Source: a virus (Duplodnaviria; Caudoviricetes). Taken from it: a stretch of 64,000 nucleotides of DNA. The notes under the pieces were generated by a model. That model was not told the DNA's origin and searched no databases. It was given only the letters and a program-made list of their open reading frames with translations. Below, in pieces: positions 1 through 9,422 of this stretch. Numbering within the stretch: position 1 is the first letter of the stretch; each line of letters starts with the position of its first letter. The DNA is taken from the IMG/VR virus record IMGVR_UViG_3300028410_000746. One strand, given 5' to 3'. The translations under genes were made by a program, and so were the position numbers.

Positions 1-1484
1 CTGCGCGCGGAGAGGGTCAGGGACGTGGTACAGCGTGATCCATACCCGAAGCTGTGTGAGATGCCCTCCACGTAGTAGTACGCGTCCTTGCCCTCCACAT
101 AGACCGGGTACCCCAGGCGAAGCTCGGGTCGAAACGGGATCGTGACCGTGCCGCTGTTGATGCGCGCGTTCTGCTGATCCAGGATGTCGACGAGGTGGTA
201 GAAGAGCGCCTTGGGCCCTCCGTTCTCCTTGGACCCAATGAACTCGGAGCTGAACGCTCCTGGACGCCATCCGTACTTCTGGACGAGCCTGTAGTCGACG
301 TACGTAGCCTTGGTCTGTGCCAGGGAGGAGAGCCCGACCTCGACGTTCTGTGTGTAGCGTCCCGTGGCCTCCACGAAGGTCGCTTCCGGAGGGTTCTCCG
401 AAAAGTTCCAGGAGATCACGTCAACGTCTCGAATCCAACTCACGGGGAAATTCAGCCGGGTGTCCATGTTGAAGAACGGAGGCTTGAAGATGATCTCCCC
501 CGTGACGTCCATGTAGAACTCGTAGTTGATCGCCTCCTTGGTCTGCAAGGCGAGGTTGAGCTTGTTCTCGAACTCACTGTTCTCGATCTCTACCGCACCG
601 AGCTGACTCAGCTTCTGGCTGAAGGGGGCGATGGCGCTCACGTCGAAGAAGTCCTGCTTGAAGGGCTCGTAGTCCTTGAGCTTGGTAGCCTTGGCGGACC
701 CCTTGCGCTGGCGAAGGAAGAAGTCTCGGTTCTCGCCCGAGAGCACGCTCGCGAGCTGGCCACCCTGGAGGACGTTCCCGGAGGGGCCATACATCTTGAT
801 GTTCTGCGTGATCCGACCCCACTTGGCGCTCCAGTAGGCCATCATCCTCTTGGTGTCCGCTCCCGAGATCGGCTCGGTACGGGCTTCGCGGTTTGGGACC
901 GACTGATTACGCACGTTCATCGAGTCCCCATACACGTAGCGTGAGAGGCTGTAGATGATGTCGAAGGCGTTCATGCCCGTGAACGTGTGTCCTCGCAGGT
1001 TGACCTGTTGGGTCTGGTCCTTCAAGGTCGCCAGATACGACGGGTTGATGTTGATCTGCGAGACCTGCCACCAGTACAGGATGTCCGAACAGCTCAAGCT
1101 GACCGTCTGCTCGCCGGCCGAGTAGCTCTCCTGCAAGCTCGTGACGACGCCCCAGAAGATCGGGTAGTACCGTGGCGATCCGCCCACCGAGAAGTGACCC
1201 TTGGCGTAGATCTGGACCTCCATCATCGTGGTCAACGTGAGCTGACCCCCCACATAGATGTCACCCAGGTAATGTGCCGGGATGTGCAGGTCAATGGAGG
1301 CGCTGCCGGGCACCGAGTTGACCCCCAGGTTGACCGAGATCGTGTTGATCAACGGCTGCAAAGGCACGCGTCGGTTCGGGTTGGCTCCGCTTGGGAGGCT
1401 CAGCTCTCCGTTGATGTAGACCAGACAGTCTGGCGCCGTGGTGACGACGGGGCGGCGGTTTGGCTTGTAGGTCCCTTGGTACAC
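1..1484 (-). CDS. Baseplate hub / tail-associated protein (runs off left edge; absent from ORF track)
   Basis: Manual translation: GTG at 1484 after AAGGAG, open to position 1. C-terminal part reads NARINSGTVTIPFRPELRLGYPVYVEGKDAYYYVEGISHSFGYGSRCTTSLTL, typical of gp27/gpD-like hub folds. Confidence 0.65.
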   Translation of the reverse strand, partial: MYQGTYKPNRRPVVTTAPDCLVYINGELSLPSGANPNRRVPLQPLINTISVNLGVNSVPGSASIDLHIPAHYLGDIYVGGQLTLTTMMEVQIYAKGHFSVGGSPRYYPIFWGVVTSLQESYSAGEQTVSLSCSDILYWWQVSQININPSYLATLKDQTQQVNLRGHTFTGMNAFDIIYSLSRYVYGDSMNVRNQSVPNREARTEPISGADTKRMMAYWSAKWGRITQNIKMYGPSGNVLQGGQLASVLSGENRDFFLRQRKGSAKATKLKDYEPFKQDFFDVSAIAPFSQKLSQLGAVEIENSEFENKLNLALQTKEAINYEFYMDVTGEIIFKPPFFNMDTRLNFPVSWIRDVDVISWNFSENPPEATFVEATGRYTQNVEVGLSSLAQTKATYVDYRLVQKYGWRPGAFSSEFIGSKENGGPKALFYHLVDILDQQNARINSGTVTIPFRPELRLGYPVYVEGKDAYYYVEGISHSFGYGSRCTTSLTLSAR

Positions 1485-1542
1485 GCAGCACTCCTTGACG
1501 TGGGGTCCTTCACCCTGCGCACAAAAAGGTTAGGCATGGCGC

Positions 1543-1572
1543 TTGACACTCACGTTGCAGTTGCAGTATACC
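1543..1572 (+). promoter_or_regulatory. Sigma70-like promoter upstream of leader and solitary repeat
   Basis: TTGACA-N18-TATACC. Confidence 0.5.
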
Positions 1573-1610
1573 TTGAGACGTCAAGTGGGCGCGGTACCAC
1601 AGAGTAAGAG

Positions 1611-1703
1611 TTGGTAAAGTAAAACGGCGAACCTCATGCTAACAGGATTCCCCTTATGAATCAAGGAGTTAGGTACACTTCCGAAGGCTTGAACATTTGA
1701 AGA
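1611..1703 (+). promoter_or_regulatory. CRISPR leader copy (array-1 family)
   Basis: 77/93 nt identical, ungapped, to the reverse complement of 22491-22583; the last 36 nt are identical. Confidence 0.9.
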
Positions 1704-1732
1704 GTGTTCCCCGCGCGAGCGGGGAAGTTCCT
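1704..1732 (+). CRISPR. Solitary type I-E repeat
   Basis: GTGTTCCCCGCGCGAGCGGGGAAGTTCCT; 24/29 to the array-1 repeat, stem intact, no second repeat 32 nt downstream. Confidence 0.85.
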
Positions 1733-1772
1733 ACCTTCTACTACGACCACACCTTCTGTGGGGGATGAGACC

Positions 1773-1970
1773 ATGAAGATCAAGACACGGATTCAGCGAG
1801 ACGACAAGCCCACGGTCATCATCCGAATCGTCCGCACGGAAGATGGGACGGTCACGTGGCAGAGCAAGATAGCACGCACGGGTCGAATCATCGGCACCGG
1901 TACGTGCGATACGGTCGAAGATGCGCTCCTGGAATCGTCCAAGGGGATGTTCGAGGTCCCTGATTCATGA
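1773..1970 (+). CDS. Hypothetical protein (65 aa)
   Basis: ATG after GGGGA; stop overlaps next start (ATGA). Confidence 0.55.
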   Translation: MKIKTRIQRDDKPTVIIRIVRTEDGTVTWQSKIARTGRIIGTGTCDTVEDALLESSKGMFEVPDS

Positions 1971-2845
1971 GCTACTACAAGACCAAAGGTCGCTGCACGC
2001 TCCAGGTACAGAAGCACGGCGGCGTGTGGATGGCCGAGGTCGACGTCTCTCAGGAGCATGGTCCGATGGCCGAGCTGTGCTGTGCTCCGGCGACGTCCTA
2101 CACTCAGGCCGTCAAGATGGCCCACGCGGTGGAGAAGCAAGTAGAGGAGGGCTCACTCTTGCGCCTCCCCGAACAGGCGATTGAAGAGCACTACACCTCT
2201 TATCCCAAGCTGTACTATACGCGGTGGTGCGCCCTCTCTTGGATTCTGGGCTATTACGGTATGGATTGGCTCGACGGACAGAAGGTCTCAACCTGCGACC
2301 TTCACCCGGACGGGACGCAAGCGCTGGACCTCTACTCCGAAATCTCTGACGAGCTGGAGGGTCTTGAGCGGCGGGCCTTCGCGCCGTTGAAACACGATGA
2401 GCCTCTTGAAGACTATCTCTCCAGGTACTACAAGGAGGAACAGTTTCAAGCCTATAAGGCCGAGTCCAAGGCGTTCTTTGAGCGGCCTTACCCCCTCGAT
2501 GATACCGGCTACGCGGTTCATGACGCACATCTGCGAGACCTCGAAGTCCCTGACAACATCCACCCCAAGTGGTTGGAAGCCGTCCGTGAGCTGCTCATCA
2601 TCTGCGGCACGAGGTGCACGGAGACCTCGGCTCGGCTGTGGGCCGACGAACAGGGCAAGACACTCGAAGCTCGTTTCCCTACACGCTTCGAGCCCTTGAA
2701 CCTGGACATGACCTCTCACCCCACTCGGCCCGTGTTTTCGAGCTTCAGCTTGACGCAGAGGAGCGCGGAGAAGACGGCGAAGCTCTTGACCGCCAAAGAG
2801 CGTGAGCGTCTCCTTTGTGCCTATCCCAAGAGGTTCTCAGTATGA
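1967..2845 (+). CDS. Hypothetical protein (292 aa)
   Basis: Long ORF with ATGA overlaps at both ends. Confidence 0.75.
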   Translation: MSYYKTKGRCTLQVQKHGGVWMAEVDVSQEHGPMAELCCAPATSYTQAVKMAHAVEKQVEEGSLLRLPEQAIEEHYTSYPKLYYTRWCALSWILGYYGMDWLDGQKVSTCDLHPDGTQALDLYSEISDELEGLERRAFAPLKHDEPLEDYLSRYYKEEQFQAYKAESKAFFERPYPLDDTGYAVHDAHLRDLEVPDNIHPKWLEAVRELLIICGTRCTETSARLWADEQGKTLEARFPTRFEPLNLDMTSHPTRPVFSSFSLTQRSAEKTAKLLTAKERERLLCAYPKRFSV

Positions 2846-3102
2846 ACGAGTTGACCTACCTTAGAAGCGTTCTTGGAATCCTGGGAGCCTTTATGGCGGC
2901 CATGTTCTTCACGAGCTTCCTGATGTTGGCCTTGCCGGCTGAAGAGGACCTGACGGGGTGGCACTTTGTGTTCTACTTCTTCTCCTGGACCTGCATCTTC
3001 ATTGCGCGTGGTGCACGGGGAGTGGTCCTGTCACATCTGGTCGAGCTGGAAGCGGCCATGAAAGACCAGGGCGTCGATGCACCGGAAGACCTCGTGATGT
3101 GA
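2842..3102 (+). CDS. Small membrane protein with two hydrophobic segments
   Basis: ILGAFMAAMFFTSFLMLAL and WHFVFYFFSWTCIFIA segments; coupled start. Confidence 0.6.
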   Translation: MNELTYLRSVLGILGAFMAAMFFTSFLMLALPAEEDLTGWHFVFYFFSWTCIFIARGARGVVLSHLVELEAAMKDQGVDAPEDLVM

Positions 3103-3123
3103 GATTGTCTTTGTTCGCCGTGG

Positions 3124-5307
3124 TTGAAGAGACCTCAACCGTGGAGTCGTGCTGTGACCAGACGCTATGGAACCCCCCTCCCTCTCGGCCAGAAGCCCCT
3201 CAAGACCAAGATGGTGGGAGGCAAGGGCGCGTTGCGCTTCTCGTTGCGCATCGGTGAGATCACGCGGGTAGACTACGAGAGCATGGTCTGTGACATCTCC
3301 TGGATACAGGGTCGGTATCCGCCCTCTCTTGATGTCCCCTTGACCTCGGCCTACTGGTCGGCGCGTAGCTTCCTTGGAGTGATGCCAGAAGAGGGCGCGC
3401 TCGCTGTATGCGGCTTCAGCGCCGTGCACGAGAGTCAGGGCACCCGTCCCTATGTCCTGGCGTACATCCCCAATGGATACCGAACCGCCCTCGGGTTCCA
3501 ACCGTTCGGGGTCGCCCCTCGTAATGCTCCCGAACTCAACGCCCCTCTTGACGACATCCAACGTCAGCTCCAGGGTCAGTATGGCCCTACTCGCTACAAG
3601 ATGCGCAAGCTCTACGGTGGTGACGCCTACATGGCCTCCACGCATGGCGCCGAGCTTCTGGTGAACCGGGACGTCCGGCTCCTGGATGCTTCAGGTGGAG
3701 AGCTGTGGCTGCGAGGGGAAGACAGCTCACTGACCACGACCTCCCTGGACCATTACTCGACCACGGCAGCCGGCCGGTCCAGGACGGGTCGCATCTCTCG
3801 CGGAGCCCTGACTCTTCCTGCCGACGTCGAGAGTCGCCTCACGCCAGGGACCGAGCTGTTCGAGTACCTCCTGTCAGCCGGACTCGTCTTTGAGGACGGC
3901 GCGCTGGCCCCCGACATCAACCGCCTCCCTTATCTGGTGCTGGAGTCCGGGGAGCGTCTGACTCTGATCACGGACAACGGGGTCGACCCTTCCCTCCCAT
4001 CCTCGCGCGCCTTCACGGAGTCTCGTCACGAGATTCAGGAGTTCGATGCGGGCATCCTGGGACATCCCGATCACTACGGGTTTGACTCGGACCTCCTCGC
4101 CCCTTCGCCCAACTACGCCCCCTTCATTGAGCGGGTCCACGGCACCGTCGTGGGCAACGACCCCTACACCCTGCGAGGAAGGGCCCAATATGGCAGCCTC
4201 CTGCGTCCCTCGGTGTTCTCCAGCCCCTCAGCCACGACAGGCTCTCCAGGCCTGGAGGCGGTCGCCAACGACGCCGAGGAGACTCAGAAGTCCATGGTCG
4301 CTGCCAGCCTCTACCGTATGCGACGCCCTGATGGTCTCGGAGAGCTGTTCTTTGCTCATGACAAGGAAGGCCATGTCTACCTCTCTATCCCCGGCTCGAC
4401 CTCAAAGCCGGCCAGCCTTGGGGGCAACCGCAGCGTCGAAGCCGACATCAAGGGGTCCATCAAGGCCGTGCTCGGAGCCAACACGAACGATACGCAGTCC
4501 CTCGACCTCTTCGCGCGTGGTGGGTTCCTGTGGTCCCTGGGGACCCTCGCGTCGTCGCGACGCTCTCTTGATCTGACAGCTCGGGGAGGCATCAACATCA
4601 AGGTCGAGCGGCCCGACGTCAACGGGTACGCGATGCAATCTACCCTCAACGGAGACGTAGGGCTCTCCGCGCGCGGTTCGATGGGCGTGGCCCTGACGGG
4701 AGATCTTCTCGAAGACATCCAGGGGTTGCGCGAGACCAACGCGGAAGCGGTGAGCGTGAACGTTGGCGTGGGAGGCAAGACGGAGACGATTCAAGGTGAT
4801 CGCCAGTCGGTCGTCACAGGCAACGAGCAGCTCAAGATTGGACAGGGGCGTGACGTCACGATCACGGGACCCTCTCCTCAGAGTCCCTACGCAGACCGTC
4901 TGGAGATCCTCGCCGGGAGCCGGCTTGAGACCTTCGCAGGACCGGCCACCGACACGATCCAGTACCAGTCCGCCGCCACGAGGTCTATCGAAGCCACGGG
5001 GGCCCTCAACGCCACATGGTCCTCGGCCGGCGTGGGCACATACAGCTTCTCCTCCGCGTCAGGCTCGTTCGCCGTCAACGTCGGCACAGGTGCGATCTCG
5101 TTGAACGCGGGCGGCGCGGTCTCGATCAACTCGGGAGCTGCGATCACGATGGCGGCCTCCAACATCAACCTCACCGGCTCGGTTGGCCTGGGTACAGGTG
5201 CGGCGGCGGTCAACGCGGTCGTGGGCGGCGTCCCCGGTCCAAGCCCCTCCATCGACCCCTTGACGGGTATCCCCGCCACAGGTAACCCTCTCGTGCGTAC
5301 GGCTTGA
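3124..5307 (+). CDS. gp5/VgrG-like baseplate central spike protein (start uncertain)
   Basis: N-terminal OB-like region (GEITRVDYESMVCDI...GVMPEEGALAVCGF); C-terminal beta-repeat region (GDRQSVVTGNEQLKIGQGRDVTITG). Confidence 0.65.
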   Translation: MKRPQPWSRAVTRRYGTPLPLGQKPLKTKMVGGKGALRFSLRIGEITRVDYESMVCDISWIQGRYPPSLDVPLTSAYWSARSFLGVMPEEGALAVCGFSAVHESQGTRPYVLAYIPNGYRTALGFQPFGVAPRNAPELNAPLDDIQRQLQGQYGPTRYKMRKLYGGDAYMASTHGAELLVNRDVRLLDASGGELWLRGEDSSLTTTSLDHYSTTAAGRSRTGRISRGALTLPADVESRLTPGTELFEYLLSAGLVFEDGALAPDINRLPYLVLESGERLTLITDNGVDPSLPSSRAFTESRHEIQEFDAGILGHPDHYGFDSDLLAPSPNYAPFIERVHGTVVGNDPYTLRGRAQYGSLLRPSVFSSPSATTGSPGLEAVANDAEETQKSMVAASLYRMRRPDGLGELFFAHDKEGHVYLSIPGSTSKPASLGGNRSVEADIKGSIKAVLGANTNDTQSLDLFARGGFLWSLGTLASSRRSLDLTARGGINIKVERPDVNGYAMQSTLNGDVGLSARGSMGVALTGDLLEDIQGLRETNAEAVSVNVGVGGKTETIQGDRQSVVTGNEQLKIGQGRDVTITGPSPQSPYADRLEILAGSRLETFAGPATDTIQYQSAATRSIEATGALNATWSSAGVGTYSFSSASGSFAVNVGTGAISLNAGGAVSINSGAAITMAASNINLTGSVGLGTGAAAVNAVVGGVPGPSPSIDPLTGIPATGNPLVRTA

Positions 5308-5340
5308 CTCTAATCCACCTCTTGGGATACACTCTCGGCT

Positions 5341-5619
5341 ATGAACACATCCGAAGTCGAAAAGTTCTGCGAGGACACCAAGGCCTCTGGCTTCTATGTC
5401 CACCGACCACACCCGACGATGATCATCGCCGCGCGGAAACAGAAGCTCTTATTTGGGGTGCCCATCCTCTATGGCGCTCGCTTCGCCGTGGTGGTCAACC
5501 CGGAAGGCGGATGGCTCATGGAGCATGTCCTCGGTCACCCGAGTGGTGACTTCATGTCTCGGGAGATGGATACCCTGGAGGAAGTTCTCGCGGTCGCGCG
5601 TCAGCTCCAGTCCGACTGA
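5341..5619 (+). CDS. Hypothetical protein
   Basis: 92-aa ATG ORF filling the gap between genes. Confidence 0.55.
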   Translation: MNTSEVEKFCEDTKASGFYVHRPHPTMIIAARKQKLLFGVPILYGARFAVVVNPEGGWLMEHVLGHPSGDFMSREMDTLEEVLAVARQLQSD

Positions 5620-5629
5620 ACAATATTCT

Positions 5630-5658
5630 TTTACGGTACGGTCTTCTTGTGGTATAGA
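5630..5658 (+). promoter_or_regulatory. Repeated phage promoter P1
   Basis: TTTACG-N17-TATAGA with CTTGTGG before the -10. Confidence 0.75.
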
Positions 5659-5687
5659 GGTCGTACACACCAATATGGAGGTACTCG

Positions 5688-6116
5688 ATGAGTAATGAGA
5701 AGAAAGACAACGTGGTGAAGGTGCAGTTCGGAAAGATCGCGTCGCGAGACGACGGCTTCTTCAAGGACCTCATGTCCTTGGAGGCACCCGAGCAGGATTA
5801 CGACAAGCCGAGCAAGCAGCGGGTCTGCGAGGATTTCCTCGCGAGCGGCATCGTGCATGTGGCGCTGATCATGAGCGCGCCGGGGGTCGTGGTCCCGGAG
5901 CACCTGGGAAATACGGGCATCGGCGTCCTGACCTTCTCGTACGCTTACGGGCTGGTCGACTTCGAGGTGGACGGCGAGGGCTTGAGAGCCTCGCTGTTGT
6001 TCTCGGGTCGCAAGGTCTTCTGTGACATCCCCTGGAGCGCCGTGGTGAACCTGAGCAGCAAGGATCAAAGGCTCTCCGTGAACTTCGTCGAGGAGTTTCC
6101 GAATGTCCTCAACTGA
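5688..6116 (+). CDS. sspB: SspB-like ClpXP adaptor core
   Basis: PGVVVPEHL...LTFSY...DFEVDGEGLRASLLFSGRKVFCDIPWSAV matches the SspB core; GGAGG RBS. Confidence 0.75.
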   Translation: MSNEKKDNVVKVQFGKIASRDDGFFKDLMSLEAPEQDYDKPSKQRVCEDFLASGIVHVALIMSAPGVVVPEHLGNTGIGVLTFSYAYGLVDFEVDGEGLRASLLFSGRKVFCDIPWSAVVNLSSKDQRLSVNFVEEFPNVLN

Positions 6117-6510
6117 AGCTGAACAGCTCGAAGCCATCTCCTCGGAGATGGCTTCTCTCATCGTTGCGGCGTGCTCCAAGCTCCACACGGAAGCGCACAC
6201 GCCTCATGGCGTCACCCTGCGGACTCAAGGGGAGCTGACAAGGGCTACCCTTCGCAAGGATGCCTGCAACGCTCCCCACCCCACACCCGCTCAGAAGCTG
6301 CTGCGGGCGGCGGAGCTGCTCTACTACCAGACTTGCCAGGAGATCCAGGAGGCCGAGAAACTCGTAGGAGAGACGCCAGAAGCGGTCGAGATGCTGGACG
6401 TTCGCTGGGCGCGTCTCTACCAGCTCATGCGAGAGGCGGACAAGGCTCGTGCGGTGGGGGCCGACGCGGTGGCGTTGGAAAACCGAGTCAACGACCTTGG
6501 CACATCTTGA
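6103..6510 (+). CDS. Hypothetical helical protein
   Basis: 135-aa ORF overlapping the sspB end, GAGGAG upstream. Confidence 0.6.
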   Translation: MSSTEAEQLEAISSEMASLIVAACSKLHTEAHTPHGVTLRTQGELTRATLRKDACNAPHPTPAQKLLRAAELLYYQTCQEIQEAEKLVGETPEAVEMLDVRWARLYQLMREADKARAVGADAVALENRVNDLGTS

Positions 6511-7033
6511 GCGTGTAGGAGGGCCTCTCGTCCTCCCCTGTCGCGCCCTCCTCCGCATAGTTCAGGTACCGGGTCAGGGGCCTGAAGTTCACAATCTCCG
6601 GCCTGTCGGGGTACGCGTTGAGGATGCAGTCGTCGAGGTGGCCGTTGTAGCGGTCGATTTGTGCAAGGTAGAAATGCCTCGCCTCGTCCTTGAAGTGCGG
6701 GAGGACCTCCTCGTAGCGCTCTAGCTGATCACTGTAGCTCGCCTTGGATTTGAGACCGGAGATGCCGTACATGAGGAGGTCTCGTATCTTGTGTGTATGG
6801 ATTCGGCGTCGCGGAGAGCGTCTCCCTTGAATCACCGCCTTGTACGCAAAGAAGAGGGCGTTGAGGCAGGCGTATTCATTATGCGCCTCCCGAGCTTCCA
6901 GGAGGCGTGCAGTGGCCTCCACATTGTGATCCAGGTCCTTGAGGGTCTTGACCCATGTGTATGTGGAGTGGATCTCTTCGATGTGGTGGGAGAAGAGGTA
7001 AGAGGGCGTGAACTTGAAGGCGTGTGTTGTCAT
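6488..7033 (-). CDS. Hypothetical protein
   Basis: ATG at 7033 overlapping the upstream stop. Confidence 0.6.
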   Translation of the reverse strand: MTTHAFKFTPSYLFSHHIEEIHSTYTWVKTLKDLDHNVEATARLLEAREAHNEYACLNALFFAYKAVIQGRRSPRRRIHTHKIRDLLMYGISGLKSKASYSDQLERYEEVLPHFKDEARHFYLAQIDRYNGHLDDCILNAYPDRPEIVNFRPLTRYLNYAEEGATGEDERPSYTLKMCQGR

Positions 7034-7406
7034 TCTTCTTCGTCTCTGTTGTAGACTTCGTGGTACCACTCCTCAATGTCGAGGCTGAGCTTGGTCTGTC
7101 GGTAATACTCGAATTTACCTCGGGTTTCGGTCTCAAGCCATCCGCACATGCCGAGCAGGTCGCAGATATTTGTCAGCTCCTTGGAGAGCTTTGACACGGG
7201 GCCTAACTCCTCAAAGGTAATCTGCGTCAGGATGTGCCCGTAGACCAAGTACATGTGCATCTCGGTATTACGGAGGCGGCGCAGGATATACAGGGGGGTC
7301 CAGGTTATAGCAGCTATGCAGCACATCCCTGGAGTCCAGGTATGCCTCATGCTCGCTGATACGCGCTGATACGCGCTGATACTCTCTCTAGCTTCTTTTG
7401 GTTCAT
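7030..7406 (-). pseudogene. Frameshifted hypothetical gene
   Basis: GGAGG-ATG at 7406 hits an early stop after the 10-nt repeat GCTGATACGC x~3 (7355-7382); the downstream frame stays open to 7030. Confidence 0.5.
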
Positions 7407-7483
7407 GCTGCACCTCCAAGGTGTTTATACCTTATAGCCTCTTATTCGGTCAAGCCGCGATTCCTTCTATCAGCCGGGTGACT

Positions 7484-8071
7484 ATGCCTGTGACACCACT
7501 ACAGCTCGTACCTGCGTTGACCTCTTCCCTGGCGAGCGTGGGGATTCAAGGGGTACGCGCGCCCGCGCTCGCGCAAGCTCTCTCCCAAGGTGTGATCGCC
7601 TCTCTGGCCGTCGCGCGGGTCGTGACGGCAGCAACAGGAGTCTCGGGAGTGGGCACCGGCAACGGCCGCATCTTGCTTGACCCCGTGTCGGGTATTGCCA
7701 CCCTCGCAGCGACTCTCTCTGCCCGTGGACTCAATGGATACTTGACACCGGGATTGGCTCAAGGCATCATCACAGGTATTGCGCTCACGCTCAATACGCA
7801 GGCAACCGTGGCGACTGTAACGCCTGGAGTCGCCACGGGAGTGGGTGTGGGCAGTTTGCAAGGTCTCAACCCGGCTACAATGGCTCCGCTATTTTTGGCC
7901 GGGTTGGCCAGCACAGGAATCATTGGACCCCAAGCCTCCGCCCTTGCGTCTGCCCTGGGTGAAGGCCTGTCGGTTTGGATGTCAACGGGCGTCGTCACTA
8001 CCGTCATCACCGGGGTACCCAGCGTACCTCCTATCGCCCTCGTCCTCGCCGGGACGGGTCAAATCTTCTGA
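7484..8071 (+). CDS. Gly/Ala-rich probable virion structural protein
   Basis: Internally repetitive LA(Q/P)ALxQG motifs; same strand as structural genes. Confidence 0.55.
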   Translation: MPVTPLQLVPALTSSLASVGIQGVRAPALAQALSQGVIASLAVARVVTAATGVSGVGTGNGRILLDPVSGIATLAATLSARGLNGYLTPGLAQGIITGIALTLNTQATVATVTPGVATGVGVGSLQGLNPATMAPLFLAGLASTGIIGPQASALASALGEGLSVWMSTGVVTTVITGVPSVPPIALVLAGTGQIF

Positions 8072-8079
8072 GGTACCAC

Positions 8080-8616
8080 ATGAGCGATTACACACTACCC
8101 CCTACCCATGACTTGAGGTACCCCTTCTTGCGTGAGGATAGTGGTGGGGACTACGCCAAGTACAACAACATCCCCTACATCTGGCCGTTTGGCGGGTATG
8201 AGCACTCGTACCCCTACGACACGATGCCCATGCCCCCCTCTACGGCCCCCCCGTTTACGCTCCCTCCCCAGAACATGGCGCCCCCGATCGTGTCCACCTC
8301 TCTCGTGGCGCATACGCTCTACGACCTCCGCATCGTGTGGCATGATGCGGAGAGCGCGTACCTGCAATGCGAGTACGCGATGGCCATGCTTGGCGGTGAC
8401 GATGTGCGACGCGTTCTGCTCGTGCCCATAGCCGAGGTAGGGCTTGTTGATGGGTCGCTAGCCGACCTTACCTTCAGGGCTCAAGACCGTACGTACTGGT
8501 TCACGCGTCCCGAGGAGTCCTACCGATATCAGTATGAGATGGACCGTGAGGGTGGAGAGCCGATCAACCTCGCGTTGTTGCTGTACTCGCTCCGAGACGC
8601 GTGGGCACAGCAGTGA
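8080..8616 (+). CDS. Hypothetical protein
   Basis: GAGG-ATG at 8080. Confidence 0.6.
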   Translation: MSDYTLPPTHDLRYPFLREDSGGDYAKYNNIPYIWPFGGYEHSYPYDTMPMPPSTAPPFTLPPQNMAPPIVSTSLVAHTLYDLRIVWHDAESAYLQCEYAMAMLGGDDVRRVLLVPIAEVGLVDGSLADLTFRAQDRTYWFTRPEESYRYQYEMDREGGEPINLALLLYSLRDAWAQQ

Positions 8617-9104
8617 CCGACATGACGCTCGAAGAATTCTTCGCACTCGAAGAGCACGAGGAGTCCTTGAGACCTCCCCTTCGGCTTGGCATCGTGGGCT
8701 CACGAGACTGGCCCGAAGAGCGCAAGGAGTTCTTCGTGCGCGAGGTCCTGGCGATGCTCAAGCTCCACCCGAGCATCAACACGATCGTCTCGGGAGGGCA
8801 GGCCAAGGGCGTGGACGGCTGGGCAATGCGCATCGCGCGCCACTTTGGCATGAAGCCGGTTGAGCATCTCCCCGCACACTACCTCCCCAAAAACGACCCT
8901 CGGTATCTCCCTTATTCTCCTGGCCACTACCACGCGCGCAACGAGAAGATCGCACAGGACAGCGACCTCATCCTCGCGTTCCGACACAAGATGTCAGGAG
9001 GCACATCCTCGACGATTCGATACGCTCAGAAGCTCTTGCCTCCTGAGCGTGTGATCATCCATGACTGGCCCCTTCGGGCCGCCACAACGGAGCCTATCAA
9101 ATGA
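8613..9104 (+). CDS. SLOG-family (YspA/DUF2493-like) protein
   Basis: GIVGSRDW, IVSGGQAKGVDGWA, RNEKIAQDSDLILAF, SGGTSSTI. Confidence 0.75.
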   Translation: MTDMTLEEFFALEEHEESLRPPLRLGIVGSRDWPEERKEFFVREVLAMLKLHPSINTIVSGGQAKGVDGWAMRIARHFGMKPVEHLPAHYLPKNDPRYLPYSPGHYHARNEKIAQDSDLILAFRHKMSGGTSSTIRYAQKLLPPERVIIHDWPLRAATTEPIK

Positions 9105-9421
9105 GCCTCAAGAACATCACCACCGAGACTCACGACCAGCACGTCTTCTCGGACGACCTCAAGCGCGTTGTCGTCCTGGACTTCTACGCCGACTGGTGCG
9201 GCCCCTGTAAGGGGATCATGCCTCAGGTCGAGAAGATGGCACAGGACCGCAACGCCTCCTTCTTCAAGGTCGACACGGACAAGGAGAACGAGTTGGCCTC
9301 GGAGTACGGCATCAAGAGCCTCCCCACGTTCATCGTGATCCAGGGTGGGGAGGTGGTCGAGTATTGCATCGGCGCCAACCTCGACAAGCTCAACGAGGTC
9401 CTTGACGGCCTGGGTGCTTGA
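9101..9421 (+). CDS. trxA: Thioredoxin
   Basis: VVLDFYADWCGPCK, cis-Pro motif IKSLPTF. Confidence 0.95.
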   Translation: MSLKNITTETHDQHVFSDDLKRVVVLDFYADWCGPCKGIMPQVEKMAQDRNASFFKVDTDKENELASEYGIKSLPTFIVIQGGEVVEYCIGANLDKLNEVLDGLGA

Positions 9422-9422
9422 C

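Noticed and set aside
1733-1772. Sequence after the solitary repeat resembles the cas8e 5' UTR (24818-24845) and contains a CCACA/TGTGG hairpin plus GGGGATGA like a second repeat
   Set aside because: The similarity needs gaps, which Cascade R-loops tolerate poorly. ACGA..CACACC is a general UTR motif here, and GGGGA doubles as the RBS of the 1773 ORF.
1941-1956. GGGGATGTTC and similar repeat-tail words (e.g. near 40315)
   Set aside because: Inside coding sequence with no upstream hairpin.
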